From contig CM060732.1 of the NCBI GenBank assembly GCA_030704615.1, positions 30,318,001 through 30,382,000 of the forward strand: 64,000 nt of DNA, given 5' to 3'. This DNA is from Takakia lepidozioides (Eukaryota > Plantae > Bryophyta). Below the pieces are notes generated by a model that did no database searches, was not told where the DNA came from, and saw only the letters and a list, made by a program, of their open reading frames with translations. Of the stretch, positions 39,385 through 52,218 are shown in pieces (position 1 is the stretch's first letter; each line of letters starts with the position of its first letter). The translations under genes were made by a program, and so were the position numbers.

Positions 39385-39570
39385 GATACATGATACATAT
39401 ATACATGATTTGTGCAGAGGCATGGATAGCTGAAGGAGCAGGGATAGAGTGCATGGGTCCAGATTCATCCAAGAGGGCCGGATTTCAATCTCCAGATTAC
39501 ATATGACTCCCTGTGGAAGGATAGCTACAAGAAACCTGCATGGATAGATGATCAATTGGTTGGTCTTGAG
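39385..39570 (-). other. Short stretch homologous to the PDF-exon/intron module of the PPR family (reads on + as IHPRGPDFNLQITYDSLWKDSYKKPAW; orientation opposite to the 727-4776 gene)
   Basis: GGTCCAG|ATTCATCCAAGAGGGCCGGATTTC...GACTCCCTGTGG...AGCTACAAGAAACCTGCATGG at ~39457-39545 on the + strand. Confidence 0.5.
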
Positions 39571-40619
39571 CTGAAGAGCACGACCCCTGCAGGGATGTCT
39601 CTCCATCTGTAGATCTTTTAGGAAGTGGAAGGCTAGGCCTAGGGCCCAGCTTTCTTATGACATTGTTAGCTGATTTTCAGTTCTTCTCCTTAGCTCGGTG
39701 TCTTTCTGTTTCCAAGTTATGGCAATAGTTTCTGGCTGCAGTCTCTTTTCCTGCTAGACTCTTTAGCTCTATGCAGACCCCATTCTTTGCTTGCCTTCCT
39801 TCTTACTACTCTTTCTTGTCTTGGTACGCGAAGCTGTGTCTTCCTCTTTCAGCCTCTACGGCACTCTATCCAGAGGTTATTTTTCCTCTTTGTATCCAAG
39901 GACATTTTATGTCCATTACCTATAAAGTTCTAGAGGCCACTGTCCCCCACTGTCCCTCTTTGTTAACCAAAAAAAAAAAAAAAAAAAAAAAAAAGACAAC
40001 AATGGCTTCTATTCTATTTTCCTAGAAACCTAATGAGAATTTAAATCAATTAATAATCTAAATATTATAATTGTATGATTTAATTTATTAAATTAAAAAT
40101 ATTATTAAAAAACCTCTTTAGTCATGAAGTTATATACTCATGACTACATCATGGCAACGTGGCATTATATGATACGATATTCTTTCCCACGTGTGGGTCA
40201 TATATGTTGTCTATGTGGACACGTGTCACATCCGGAGTGTTACATATGTCTCTCTGACGTCTCTCCAATGGAGTTATACTTTGTAGACATTTAGTCATAT
40301 AGTTAGTCATATATAAATCATATAGTTGTGACTACATCCTCTCTACAACATGACTCCAGGTGCCACGCACGCAGTCACGGCTATGACTTGCAAAACGCAG
40401 TCCTAAAGACTAGTCGCTATGACAGGGCTTTTTTCACCAGGGATGCCTCGGCGTGAGCGCAACTGCGCTCACGCCACGTCACCTTGCGCCAATGCCACAT
40501 CATGGGGCTCACTCCACATCATCACACTTGAAGACCGCGTCACCACGCGCCCAGAAAGAAGTGGAGTGTATTCCCGCGGATTGGCACCTTTTACCGCGGA
40601 AACAAGCTGGACGACATAA

Positions 40620-40990
40620 TAAAAGACATTGAATAAAGGATGGATAAATGTACAGTTGGATGATAAACAGATGGATGAGTGTGAAAAATGAATATAGATG
40701 GATGAATGAGGGATGGATAAGAGTCAAATGGATGAATGTATAATGGATGTTGAGCAATGACAAACATTCATGACAGGAAGATGCATGACTAAAACTTTGG
40801 ACGAATGCACAACGTATATGTGTGGAAGGTTTGTCGGGTGGATTAAAGAGTACAGAGGATGAATGCACAATGGATGTTGAACAAAGGAAAACATTCATGA
40901 ATGGAGCACGTATGAATACACTGTAGATGAAAGCACAATGGATATGACAAGAGTGAGGGAGGTTTGTGAGATGGATTCATACATATTGCA
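40620..40990. repeat. Degenerate (GGATGAAT)-like low-complexity tract
   Basis: Recurrent GGATG/ATGAAT words downstream of the cargo gene. Confidence 0.5.
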
Positions 40991-43442
40991 ATTTAAATAG
41001 TAGTTGATTCTTTGATTATTTTTCTTTCCAAAGGAACAACTACGGTGGAGGAAGGGGATTCAACGTTTTCCAAAGAGGAAGAAACAGAATAGTAAAAGAA
41101 CATAGTTCAGTCTGACTCAGAGTCAGTACAATGTATCCCCACTTCCTCTGCATCTAAGTCTAAGTATTTAAGAACTCCAGATCTACGCTGGCTACACCTA
41201 CGGCCGGGCAGTAAAAATTCAGGGGATAGGGAATCGGCCGCGTGAAGTGCCTTTGCTTCGGCATAACCAGGAAGCAGAAAATTGGAAAGGGGGCTGTCGA
41301 AAACAGACTCGTCACAAATGACTGTATGTCCTGAAGATCCACCGCTGCTTTTCCTGAAAGACAGCCTGAAAAAGTTATTACTGTAACTTTCATGTTATTG
41401 AGAAATTGAGTATGACTACCAAAGTGGGTCTAGCACTTACTCACATGAAAAGTCGTTTGGGATCGTCATCATTTCGAATTTGAATCCGATCAATCTGTGT
41501 GCCTGAAGTGGAGCCAGACAAAAGGGGGAAGAACACTGTGTTGTAGAGGTCAAAATCACCCTCCATGCCAAAAAGGCTTCTTCCGCCTGCCTTGCTTGCA
41601 TGGTAAGTTGCTCCTGCACCAGACTGGAGGACATGAACAATTTGGTAGGGGGGATTTAAGCACATGGAACTGGTGAAAGAAAATCAATTTGGAAGGGAGA
41701 GAACGAACCTGTGGACACAGAAAGATCGACCACCCGTGCAGAGTGGTGGCTGCATGACTCCAACAGTATTTGCATGAACGCTGGGGATTTTTCCTTTGCA
41801 CCTCTCCAGGGAGTGCCATCTAGTCTCTTCAGGGTCTGACTGGACTGCATGAAGTTGCACAAAATGTCATCGACATGCGGCTCATAGGGGGGGTTGACGA
41901 AACAACCCTGGTCAGAAATCTCAAAGCTGCGGATGGAGGATGGTGTCTTGGAGGTGCGAATCCTCCGCAGGCAGATCGCCTCGAACATCCTCGTCTGCCA
42001 AAGATAGCAGATTAGTGTGGTAAACACAATCTATAGTGGAAGTGTGTACATAGGCTATTCAGAACTCAGGCACAAAACAATCATTTTTATCACGAATCGG
42101 TGATGATAGGTGTCGATCATGACAGATTCTACTAGAGTGGAGCTGCAGAGAACATTGAAACTCATCATGAAAGCACAAGCAGAAGGGAGACGGCATACCA
42201 GCTGACCAGGGAAACCCCCTTTCACAAGGTAGAGGCTGTTCACACAATTCCATGTGCGCAAAACTTCAAACCCTGAAGACTTGAGGTATGATGCCAATGC
42301 CCGACGACTATCATTGTCACATGACTGAAAAAGCAGAAGTGTCCCTGCATCAGAGAGGAAATTATTACAGAACCCGAACACCCAACTCCAGTAGTTGTCC
42401 TCGAATTTGTTCCAGCCTGGCGTCTTGCCCTTTGGAAGAACTTCTGGCACAGCCTGGCCATCCGGGATGTCGAGAATGACAATGTCAGCCGCATATGTTT
42501 TCTGCACACCGCACACAAAGGTGGGACCTGTGCTCACCTGCAACAAACATGTTTTTTATAAGAACGATGGCAAGAATGTTTTCAAAGAACCAGACTGAAA
42601 TACTGCCAATGAAACTTTCAGAGAAAAAAGAAAGAAACTGGAATTCTCACCAGATTGAGGAATGAGATTATGTTGTCCTAGGTAGGCGAAGGCACCCCAG
42701 TGTATCCTCTCTTTCGACTCTGCATCATCGCCAGCCAACCCTCATTGACAATTTTAATCTCTCCTGCCGAATCAGAACGGGAAGGGTGTGGCTTGGCATC
42801 GAACACGCACTGAACTGTGCGGGTATATCTTCCAGCAGTGAAGTCCTGCCCACTCTCCATCTCTTTTTCTTTCTCCTTCCCCTTGTCCTTTTCCTTCTCT
42901 TTGGACTTGTCTTTGTCCTTTGGCTTTGCTGGTGAGATGGCTATGACATCAAGAGCCTTGTCTTTTGGTTTGCGGCCCGCCTTCTTTCCCTTCTGCGGCG
43001 TTCCCTGAGCATCAGGCTCCTTGGCAGCCAATGTTGCTATGTTTCTTTGGTACTCTTCGTCAGTCAGAGGCGCCAGCATCTCAGCATTATTGTTCAAATA
43101 TTTCATATGCTGTTCTTGAAAGGTCGTGTGCTCCGGTGGGCAGTCAAGGTACCAGCCACAGTCTCTGAAGTGAGAAGGACTCCAGTCCTTCAATATCCCT
43201 GCAGTATACATGGTTGGATCGTTTGCAGGGTCCGACCACATGTCAAGATAGTCTGGAATACCGCTCAGGTGATTTCCTTCCATAAGCACATATTTCGTGT
43301 ACCTGTTAAACAGAGATAAATCCCAACCCACCAAAGCGCGAAGTGAGTAAGATACAAGTAGCACAGAATGAAAAAAACATAGAATGAAATGGCTCTGAGA
43401 ACTGCTCCAAGGACCTTTCAGGACCACACGACTGCTCCGGAT

Positions 43443-44195
43443 GTGAATGTCGTCAACGCCATTCAAAACATTCCATTCAATGATACTGTAAAAACACCCT
43501 AATCCACGTGAATGCAAACTCTCGCTTTGGATTGACACAGACATAGAAGTGAATGTCGTCAACGACATTCACTTTGGATTTGTGAATACACTGCTAATCA
43601 AGCCTAATGATTTCTCAAAAAGGCAAAATCATTTGATGGAAAACAGAAAGTCGACTAAGGAACCCTCCCCAAAAACTGGTTTCCAATTGACATTCATAAC
43701 GAACATAACACTGAGGACCTCATAATAACAGTGGATGTGAATGGCGTCAACGCCATTCACAAAATTACCAACAAGGAACCATTTAATTAGCTCCCAATCC
43801 ATATAAATTCAAATTGTCGCTGGTGAATGACACAGACATAGAAGTGAATGTCGTCAACGACATTCACTGGATCTCTGATAACACAGCTAATCAAGCCTCA
43901 AGATTTCTCACAAGAGGCAAAAGCAATGCAGAACAACTGATTGTCTGCATTGACATTCAGCAAACTGAAGTGAGGAACCCTCACTGTAAAATCTATGGAC
44001 ATTACAAAAACTTACATAACTCTAAGGACCTCTCAACAACTCTGGATGTGAATGTCGTCAACGCCATTCAGGGACATTATCAATTCTAATCAGGGACACT
44101 ATAATTACCCCCTAAGCTCCTAATCCAGGTGAATTCAAATTCTCGCTTAAGAATGACTCAGACAAATAAGTGAATGTCGTCAACGACATTCAATT
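43443..44195. repeat. Intronic ~300-bp tandem repeat (about 3 units) with six 24-bp palindromes GTGAATGTCG-TCAA-CGACATTCAC
   Basis: Palindromes start at 43443, 43549, 43737, 43844, 44048 and 44170. Confidence 0.9.
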
Positions 44196-46062
44196 TGGAT
44201 CTATGATTACAATCCTTATGAAGCCAAATTATTTCCCAAAAATGCAGTAGAGTTTCCAGTATGATATTGCACCTGTACACAACTCGCATCATGGCCCACT
44301 CTCCTCCAACCTGACTGTCAAAGTCGTTGGACCGTAAAATGTTACCATCTTTGGAGAACTCCCGGAAAAAACAGTATCTCCAGGTGAGACCTCTCCACTT
44401 CCTTATGTATGCCTCCAATGACATTTGGGGAGGGGAAACAATCGAAATGTTCAAGTCCTTCAAAGTCTGATCCAGCACAATGACGGCGCGCTTTTCGAGC
44501 TGCAAATTGTATATTTGTCAGTATTGCAAATAAGATACTCATCACATAATTGAAGAAAAGAAAACGGCTTATTTGAATACACACCTGACTCCAAAATGTA
44601 GCCTTGTGGAGCCAGTTATCAAACACCAAATCACTGATTCCTTCCACCTTTGTGCCAGGCTGTATGGTGCTCTTTGGGAACTGATTCAAGTCCTTTACTG
44701 TCTGATCTGAGTTCCATATCTCCAGCCACCTTATTTTTGTTTGTGGGTCGACCATGGATATGGCCAGCCGGTGCAATTTCTCCTGCTGCATCTCCGGATG
44801 CACATGCTTGTCATAGTGAGATTTGATCTGCTGAAGGAACTCAGAACCAAGTCCAGGATCTACTATTCTAAGCTGCTTTCCGAAGGCGGACATCAATTTG
44901 GTTCTTCGCATTTCAAACTCCTTCTTTATTGCTGCTTCCACACCCTTTGATGTCCTTAGTTCCTCTGGTGTAGTGCGGTAATATTCGGATTTTCCCTTCT
45001 CAGCTGCCTCTGCCAGTTCTTGCTGCATTGATTCAAATAGTGATTAGCACCGAAGGGACTACAAACATGTATTCGAAAAGTAAACTGAGTACAGACTCGG
45101 GCTTACCGCATACATGTACTCCAGAAACGCCTCTCGAGTCAAAGAATACCAAGTGCCTGCAGCTCTTCCTGTTTCGCACTTCTTGATTATATTGGGGGGA
45201 GTACTGTCCGAAAATCATCCAGCTTCATCAGACCAATCCTCTGAATTCGGAATAGTGTGTGGACCAAGCTTGTTGTCACATGCGATTTCTCTGTCGATCT
45301 GCAAAAACATTGGAAACATTGCATTCCTTAACACTGTTTTTTGGGGATTAACAAGACACTACAGAGGGAATGAAATCTCTAGGATGACTTACTTGTTCAC
45401 GTCGTGCATAGCTGTAAGAAGCCTAGCGATGTCGTTTCCAGGATCCAAAACCATTGCCTCCACAGCAACATGCTTGTCTTTGTCTTTCGCATGGTGTTTC
45501 TGGATGTATCCCATCCATGCCAGCAATCGGTGGTTGCCGTCCCAGACGTAGAACATGTGGTTGCAGAATTGCTGGGTGTTCTTTCCCATCATGAGGCCCA
45601 GCTCGAACTCCTCATTGGCATCTTTCCAGCACTCATCCCAGTTATCACTGATCTCTGGAGACACTAATGTGCTTTTCCCATTTATATCCGTCAGTGACAC
45701 ATAAAAAACTTGTGCACCAAGTCTGTATCCATGCACAAAATCACTCTCCAATTTTGTTATGTCATGGGAAAGAGGTGGACGCACAACAGGCATAGATATC
45801 ATCCGGCACAGAGGGATGTCCAGACGCCCTCCAGATACGAGCATGTCCCTTATAACCTCCTGAGAGTTTACCTTCTGGAATGACATGAGTTCTTTCACCT
45901 TGTCAAGGTAGTGCACTTCAGATTCATCTGCTTCATCTGTATTCTCTGAGCTTTTTCCAGACTCCTCCCCATCTCCAGATCCTTTCCCCTCTGATCCTGT
46001 AGGCTTGGACCTCACAGTTTTCTGCACGATGCCATTCAAATCTGACTGAGTAATTGCAAATA

Positions 46063-46640
46063 GTGAACGGCGGTAACGACCATCACTCTGTCTCGAAGAA
46101 ACTCACAAGGAATGGTGTGAAACAAATTCAGAACCATCTACACAAGCAAAGCTGATCCTGCCGAATTCAAAACAAAAGCGAGAGCGATAGTGAACGGCGT
46201 TAACGACAATCACAAAAGATAAGGACCTGCCGGATCGGTGTTGTGTAATGACATATATGTGTAAGTGATTGGCGGCAACGACATTCAGTATAGTTTAGGG
46301 CGGACAGTAAGTGCAGATTATTCAGATTGACTCCATTGTGATTACCGTTGCAAGCATTCACGGTTTCTTGTCTATGTCGAGAGTACTTTGCAATCCATAC
46401 TCTACCTGAATCGAATGGCGTTAACGACGCTCGCAATTCAGCAGACTTCAATCACATGTTCCTACTTAAGAAGGGAAGAGGAAGAACTGCTTGAAAGGCA
46501 ATCAGACAGACTGTTTGATCTGAACAACGGTGATTGACGGTACCGTCAGTCACCCACTCATTGTGCGGTAAACCCTTAACAGAGGAGTAGAAAGCAAATC
46601 ACCGTTGTTTCGTGGTGATGGTCGGTAGCGACAATCCCTT
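46063..46640. repeat. Six degenerate palindromes of the same type (GTGA....CG-N4-CG....TCAC) in intron 1
   Basis: At ~46063, 46190, 46265, 46412, 46529 and 46614, e.g. GGTGATTGACG-GTAC-CGTCAGTCACC. Confidence 0.65.
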
Positions 46641-47868
46641 TCTGGGACATTGAACTCAATCTCTACGCAGATCTTCAACAATGAAATGTAAGTTAGAGAA
46701 AACTTACTGGCGCCTTCTTAGGTTTTGAAATTGGATCCCCTTCTGCAGCTTTCCTCTTCCCTCTCACATCTGCTGGAATTTCTGTCTGCTCTAGGGTTTC
46801 TGGACCTTCTCCCGGTTCAGCGTTCCTCGTGCTTCCACCTCCTTCAGTTTCCCTGCGAGTCATCTCTGCATCCACAGGCTGGTTTCCAACGCGCACTGTT
46901 ATCGCCGACTGTGTCACAGCCGCTGCCTCAGTCTCGGTCTGCTCTTGTGAATCAGTCTCCGCGTTCACCTGCTGCCTTGGCCCTGTGTTCTCCAACAAAC
47001 GACGCCTCGTCATTTGCTCTCTTGCTCTGCGTCTCTCTCTAAGGGAAGTAAAATAAAGAGACTTTCTTCTCTTTCGTATTGTAGAAGGAACCCTCTCCAG
47101 CTTGACTACCACTCTCCCTCTAAGCGCGAAAAGTAGAAAAACGAAGTGACTCCCGATTTCTTGCGGGATTGCGTGCGTTGTTGCTTGTCTCTAGAAGCAT
47201 CGGATTCCCTCTCGCGTGACCGTTACACATAGTCGTTCCCTTATTAGTGCACATGCCAGCAATTAGTGTACAGCTGTTCGTATTCAGTTATCGATGTCTG
47301 ACGTGTGTCGCCCAAAATAAACGGCGTGTTTTTATTAGAACGGTTTCAATATTTAAAAATAACAGCGAATCCCAGAAATCTTGGCGCACAGTCTTAGACA
47401 AATATATGTAAATGAACGAGAGTTTGATGACAAATTTTGGGATATCATACACGGTCATCCTTGTTAGCCAACCCCACGTTCGTTTCACATTTTGAACTTT
47501 CCAGGTGCGCATGATCATTGGTAGTAGTATAAAGATACATTTACTTAATCTGCAATCCCACCCTCAGATCCTGTGGCATGCTTCCAGGAAGTCGGCTTGT
47601 TATTGTGTTTATTGATGAGGTTCTGATTAACGGTTTAACAGCTGCCGACATTGCTCCTAGGGATACTCTGACCACTGGGCCCACAAGAAAAGTAATTAAA
47701 ATGGACGGCTGCATATCTGGAAAGAATAACAGAATATGCACAGTCGTCGTCTGAGCTTCCTCCGCCATATTCTCTGCTCATTCTTCAACTGTGTTCTGGA
47801 GACATCAGTAAACCGATTTACACTGAAGGTCTGCGATAGCAAGGTATCAACGTACGCGAGGAAGGAAG

Positions 47869-50800
47869 ATGGCTTCCTCTGAAGCGGAGTTCTTCTCTGA
47901 CGACAAACCAGTGCCGTTCTCCCAGGAAGTCCTTGACAATGGATTTGCAATTGTTCTGGAACATGTCTTGGCTACCCGTTTTCAGCTTCAGAATGGCTCC
48001 ATCTTTTTGGAGAAAGAGGTGTACGATTTGAAAGGGAAGTTGTTGAAATACTCTTTCCAAAACCGTGATGAGACGGCTCATATCAGCCAGTGGAGAGTGC
48101 GCCCTGGTCGATACAGAGTACTTGGAGAGCCTCGGCGAAAGTCCCTTGGGTCATATGTGACGCCCGGGACTGCTGCTTCGGTCGTTGAAGACAAGAGGGA
48201 GGTGGTGGTGAAAAAAGAACAGACGTCCTCCACTCCAATCGTTGAGCTTTCGGATTCGTCCGATGATGACATAAGTGAAATTCCAAATCCAGTCCTTCCT
48301 ACTGTGGTTGGAGAAGCTGATGAAGAAGAGATTTGTAGTGTCATTCCAAAATTACGGGCGATGGGAGGAATGGCTGGATTCAAAAGTGAGTTGCGAGGAA
48401 TTGATTGGGAATCTTTGAAGCAGGTGCCTGTGAAGTTCTTGCCAGAGACTTTTGATGGCGATATCCTATTCGAGCTGCCTCCTCCTCCGCGAGTTGGAGG
48501 TGTAACAATCATGATGCATGGAATGGACAAGAAACACGACGGGCACCCGTGGTGCAGAACAAAAACATCCAATATTCAGAATGATGACAAGCTTGTTTTC
48601 AGGAGAACAGTTTGCAATGGACACCTTAGGTGTGATAATTTGAATTGCAGACACTTTCTTCAGTCTGGGGTTCATAATCAAAGCGAATGGGAGGGTCTGG
48701 CGGAAAATCCATTTCAGCCTGGGACTGCCCCTCCACCGGCAAACACTTTCGTCTGCAAATTCTGCAAACTTGTGCCATCCTGCTTGGCGCTCTGCGGAGC
48801 AAGAATGTACTATGTTGTCCACCGTTTGAAAACAATGACAAGAGCTTGTGTGCATTTCGGATTCCATAACCATCCTGTCTCGAAGGGGGATTACAGGGAG
48901 AGTGTTGAGACAGTATCGAGGTTGATTAAACAGGAGTTCGGGAGAAACCCATCCGCAACAACATCTGCAATTGCTCTTGGCGCAAGCAAGTCCTTCTTGG
49001 AAAGCCATATTTTGAGTGAAGGGGATTCTGTGGGGACTAAACTTGACGGTGCAGCATTGGACCTGGTCATGGATCATTTCTCCACTTTGAGTTCACCTAA
49101 CATTCGGCATCAGATCAATGCATTAAGAATGGGCTCTGGTATCAGAGGCTACATAGACAACATTTTGGAGTTGAAACGAGTGAGCAAGTACGATTACATC
49201 CAGGACAATGTATTCCCAGGTCAAGGTGCCATCAAAGTTTTTCTTTTCAAAATGTCGACTGTTGGGGAGGGCAGTGGGGTTAGCCTCGTGAAGCGGATGC
49301 AGAAGACTGGGGACTTGCAGAACTGTTTTCTTATGTTTGATCATGTGAAACGAGTGAAGGATTGGACGACAATGGCTTGTCATGTCTACGATCCAGTGTA
49401 CCAACGAGTTATGACAATTGCAGTTTGTGACATGCAATCCGAGGATACGGAATCCCAGAAGCTCATGTGGAATTCCCTGATACGTGTCATGGGCTGCCAT
49501 CTCCAAATTTCGCAGGTTTCATGGCGGATAGTGCTCAAGCAAATTTCAATGCTGTTCGTATTGTCTTCGGATCGGGCGACCCAAAAGTGCCAATGCGAGG
49601 AAGAGAGCGTACATGTCTATTCCATTGGACACAATCTCTGGAAAAACATACAAAGTCGGACATCAAACCAGAGATGCAGACTCAGCACCGTAAATTGTGC
49701 AAAGAGTACAAAGATGCTAGAACAATGAAGGAGGCGGACACTTTGTTCCAGACAATTCGTGCCTGGTGGTTCTCTTCTGGAGCTGCATCACTTGAGAGTA
49801 TGAGAGCATTGGAAGATTGGCTGGCGTTTTGGCACTTCCGGTATAGACAGTGGGGAGCAGCCATGGCAGTGGTACGAGGCTTATATTTCTTGCTTTATTC
49901 ATACATTTACTTTCCATTTTATTGTGTCCTCGCTTTCTTTATGTTGTTTTCTGTTCACTGTTTTGAAGTGTGGTTCTCCACTTTGCAGAACATGTCCATT
50001 GAGGAAATGGCGGACATGCCATCTTGCAATTTGGCAGAAACTGTGCACAACGCATGGTTGCAGCAGTCTGGGAAACGAGGTCGGGATTTGTATGTGGCAA
50101 CAACAGATGATTTGATACGTGCCTTGCAACAACAAACCCGATACCGTGATTTCTTACGAGGTGGGGTTGGTGGCAAGGGTCCGGACAAATGGGAGTTGAT
50201 GTTGCGTGCTGCAAACAGATCTGGGGATCCAATCAAGATAGCACGGGCGGTGAGCATGTATGCCCAGGGAACGCCACTTGTTTCTAGAGTTCCACATCTT
50301 GAAGGGGAGGAGAGATTCGGCTCCTGTAAGAGGAAATTGAACACTCCACCTGGTTCGGATTCCGATTCCACAGGGCAGACCGTGATAACTTCTCGAAGCC
50401 TCGTGTTCCCCTGCATGACAGCTCCATGTCCGGAACCTCCATTGTGGAGGAACCTCCAACACGACGGCAAGCTCCAGCATCAAACAGTGCCACTGAAATG
50501 GTGCAGGAGAGAAACAACCCCCTTGATGTGCTTGAGTCCGCATGCCCCGACCACGTTTGGCACATAGAACGCACAAGTGTAGGGTCTCGTGTGAAATGTA
50601 CAGCGATCAGGGCAACTAATTTCGAGAAGTGCACTTCATCTATATCCAGAGGTGGTGCCCGAACTCCTGCTCCGACTTTCACGGGTTTGATGCGTCCATA
50701 CGGTCAACCAGAAGCCAAGAACCACAAGTTCTGGTTCTGCGCAGATGATTGTGCCAGATGTGTGCATGGAACTGTGCGTCCTTCCGTAGTGATGAAGCCA

Positions 50801-51373
50801 TCTCCTCCAACCGTTTGGCCCGTGAAGGTGGGAACACATCTCAGCTTTCAGGAGATTGAAATGCTGGAGGAGGCAGGTTTTTCCCTTGCGAGACAACCCC
50901 AACTCCATGCATGTGCTACTACTTCTGCGTCCTCCCGGGTCCCCCCGGCAAATCCTGACTTGTGGCCAACCAAACGAGATGGAAAGCTCGTTCGGCGTTT
51001 CCCTCCAACCGCTGAACACTTTGGCAAAGTGGAGTCCGCAAGAATGCTCCAAGCTCGTGTTGGAAGCACCACGGAAGTACCCGATCCAGGATATGGTCGG
51101 GTATTCACAATCATCACTTCCACATCTGCTGTTCATGACAGGACCTACGACATCACGGTTTCCAATTTCCCCAATTGCACATGTCCTGATTTTGTGAATA
51201 TGCTATCAACCAGTTTGGGCAAGAGAGGTAAATTCATACCCTGCAAACATTTGTATTTCATATTTTTGAAGAGGATGGTTTGCGATCCCAAACGTGACAA
51301 CTTCATTCACCAGGCCACTATGAGTTTCAACGAGGTCGATACTCTATTGCAGCGGGATACAACACATGGGTAG
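47869..51373 (+). pseudogene. Mutator-like (MULE-type DDE) transposase with N-terminal GCM/WRKY-like Zn domain and C-terminal SWIM finger; one intron (~49872-49989), two frameshifts
   Basis: C.GHL.C..C / CKFC..C / H.G.HNHP; MFDHVKR (D1); MADSAQA (D2) followed by CLFHW (CxxH); NLAETVH (E); CTCPDF..CKHLY (SWIM). Frameshifts at ~49490 and ~50370. Confidence 0.85.
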
Positions 51374-52218
51374 CATCAACTATGCAATGTGGTATGTGGA
51401 CGACCATGATTTGAAATGTGTAATTCACATCAATTCGTCGGCGGTGCAATGATATGGCCTCCAACTATACGGAGTGAGCTCTGAGTGCAACTTTTAAAAG
51501 CACATTTGTCATTGCACCGTTCGAAGTCTACATGTCTTGCTGTCGCTATGCACTACAATCATCTTTTGAAGATGATCCTAACTCTCATTGTTATTTGAGG
51601 AGGGAGGAAGGTCTTCCCGTGGCAGCCTTTATGGCGCACACTTTGTGAGGATATTTTCTCGTCCTCGTAATTGTAAAAGTGAAACAAGCATTTGTAATTG
51701 CACAATGTTGGATGCTACAATTGTAGGCCTCATGGTAGTCTTGATTCTATTTAGGCAAGATTCCCTGCATTAATTCCACGGTCATAGGACCATCCTCGGT
51801 TATAGGCGGCGCATGTTAATGCTGACGTGGCAGATGACGGACAGTGCCACGTCATCATTTGCCGCCACGTCAGCGTGGGTGCAGGCTCACGCCACGTCAG
51901 CTGGCGTGAGCGTACGCTCGCACGCTCACGCGCAACGCTCACGCCATTGCGTCGTTGTTTTTTCACTGCAGAGTGATATAGTCATGAACGCATATAGGAC
52001 TGAAAAAATAGTCATATGTGCAGTCATAAAAATGCTCATCTATTATAGTGTAATTAGATTGAAGGAACAATCCGGGCAGTCCATGCAACCCCCATCTCCA
52101 ACGATAGTTTGTTCCCATGAATTTGCATCCCACGCACACATTGCAAACAGGACAACAAGGACACACAACCATCCCATTTCAAAATTGGCCCCGAATGAAA
52201 GCAAAAGAAAACTTCATA

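Larger units (their letters stand above)
41106..47012 (-). pseudogene. ~10-exon gene: ParB/Srx-like domain, helical linker, basic low-complexity region, beta-class N4C/N6A DNA-methyltransferase-like domain (copy 1)
   Basis: Exon ~46042-45393 VRP...FYVWDGNHRLLAW. Exons 42537-41440 ADIVILDIPDG..WN..YWSW..FLSDAG..GFEV..PWRGAKEKSPAFMQILLE..RVVDLSVSTGATYHASKAGGRSLFGMEGD. Relative to copy 2 there is a frameshift at ~45195 and a TAG for W at 42678-42680. Confidence 0.75.
40116..52050. mobile_element. ~12-kb DNA transposon: MULE-type DDE/SWIM transposase plus divergent ParB-methyltransferase cargo gene
   Basis: Both ends carry ATGACT/AGTCAT subterminal repeats and a GGCGTGAGCG..CGCTCACGCC hairpin in mirrored order. 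The right end is ...TATTATAGTG (rc CACTA). The exact left terminus and TSD were not found. Confidence 0.7.

Noticed and set aside
41106-47012. Bacterial contamination as the source of the ParB/MTase
   Set aside because: The gene has multiple GT-AG introns at conserved positions in two copies and is embedded among plant TEs and genes.
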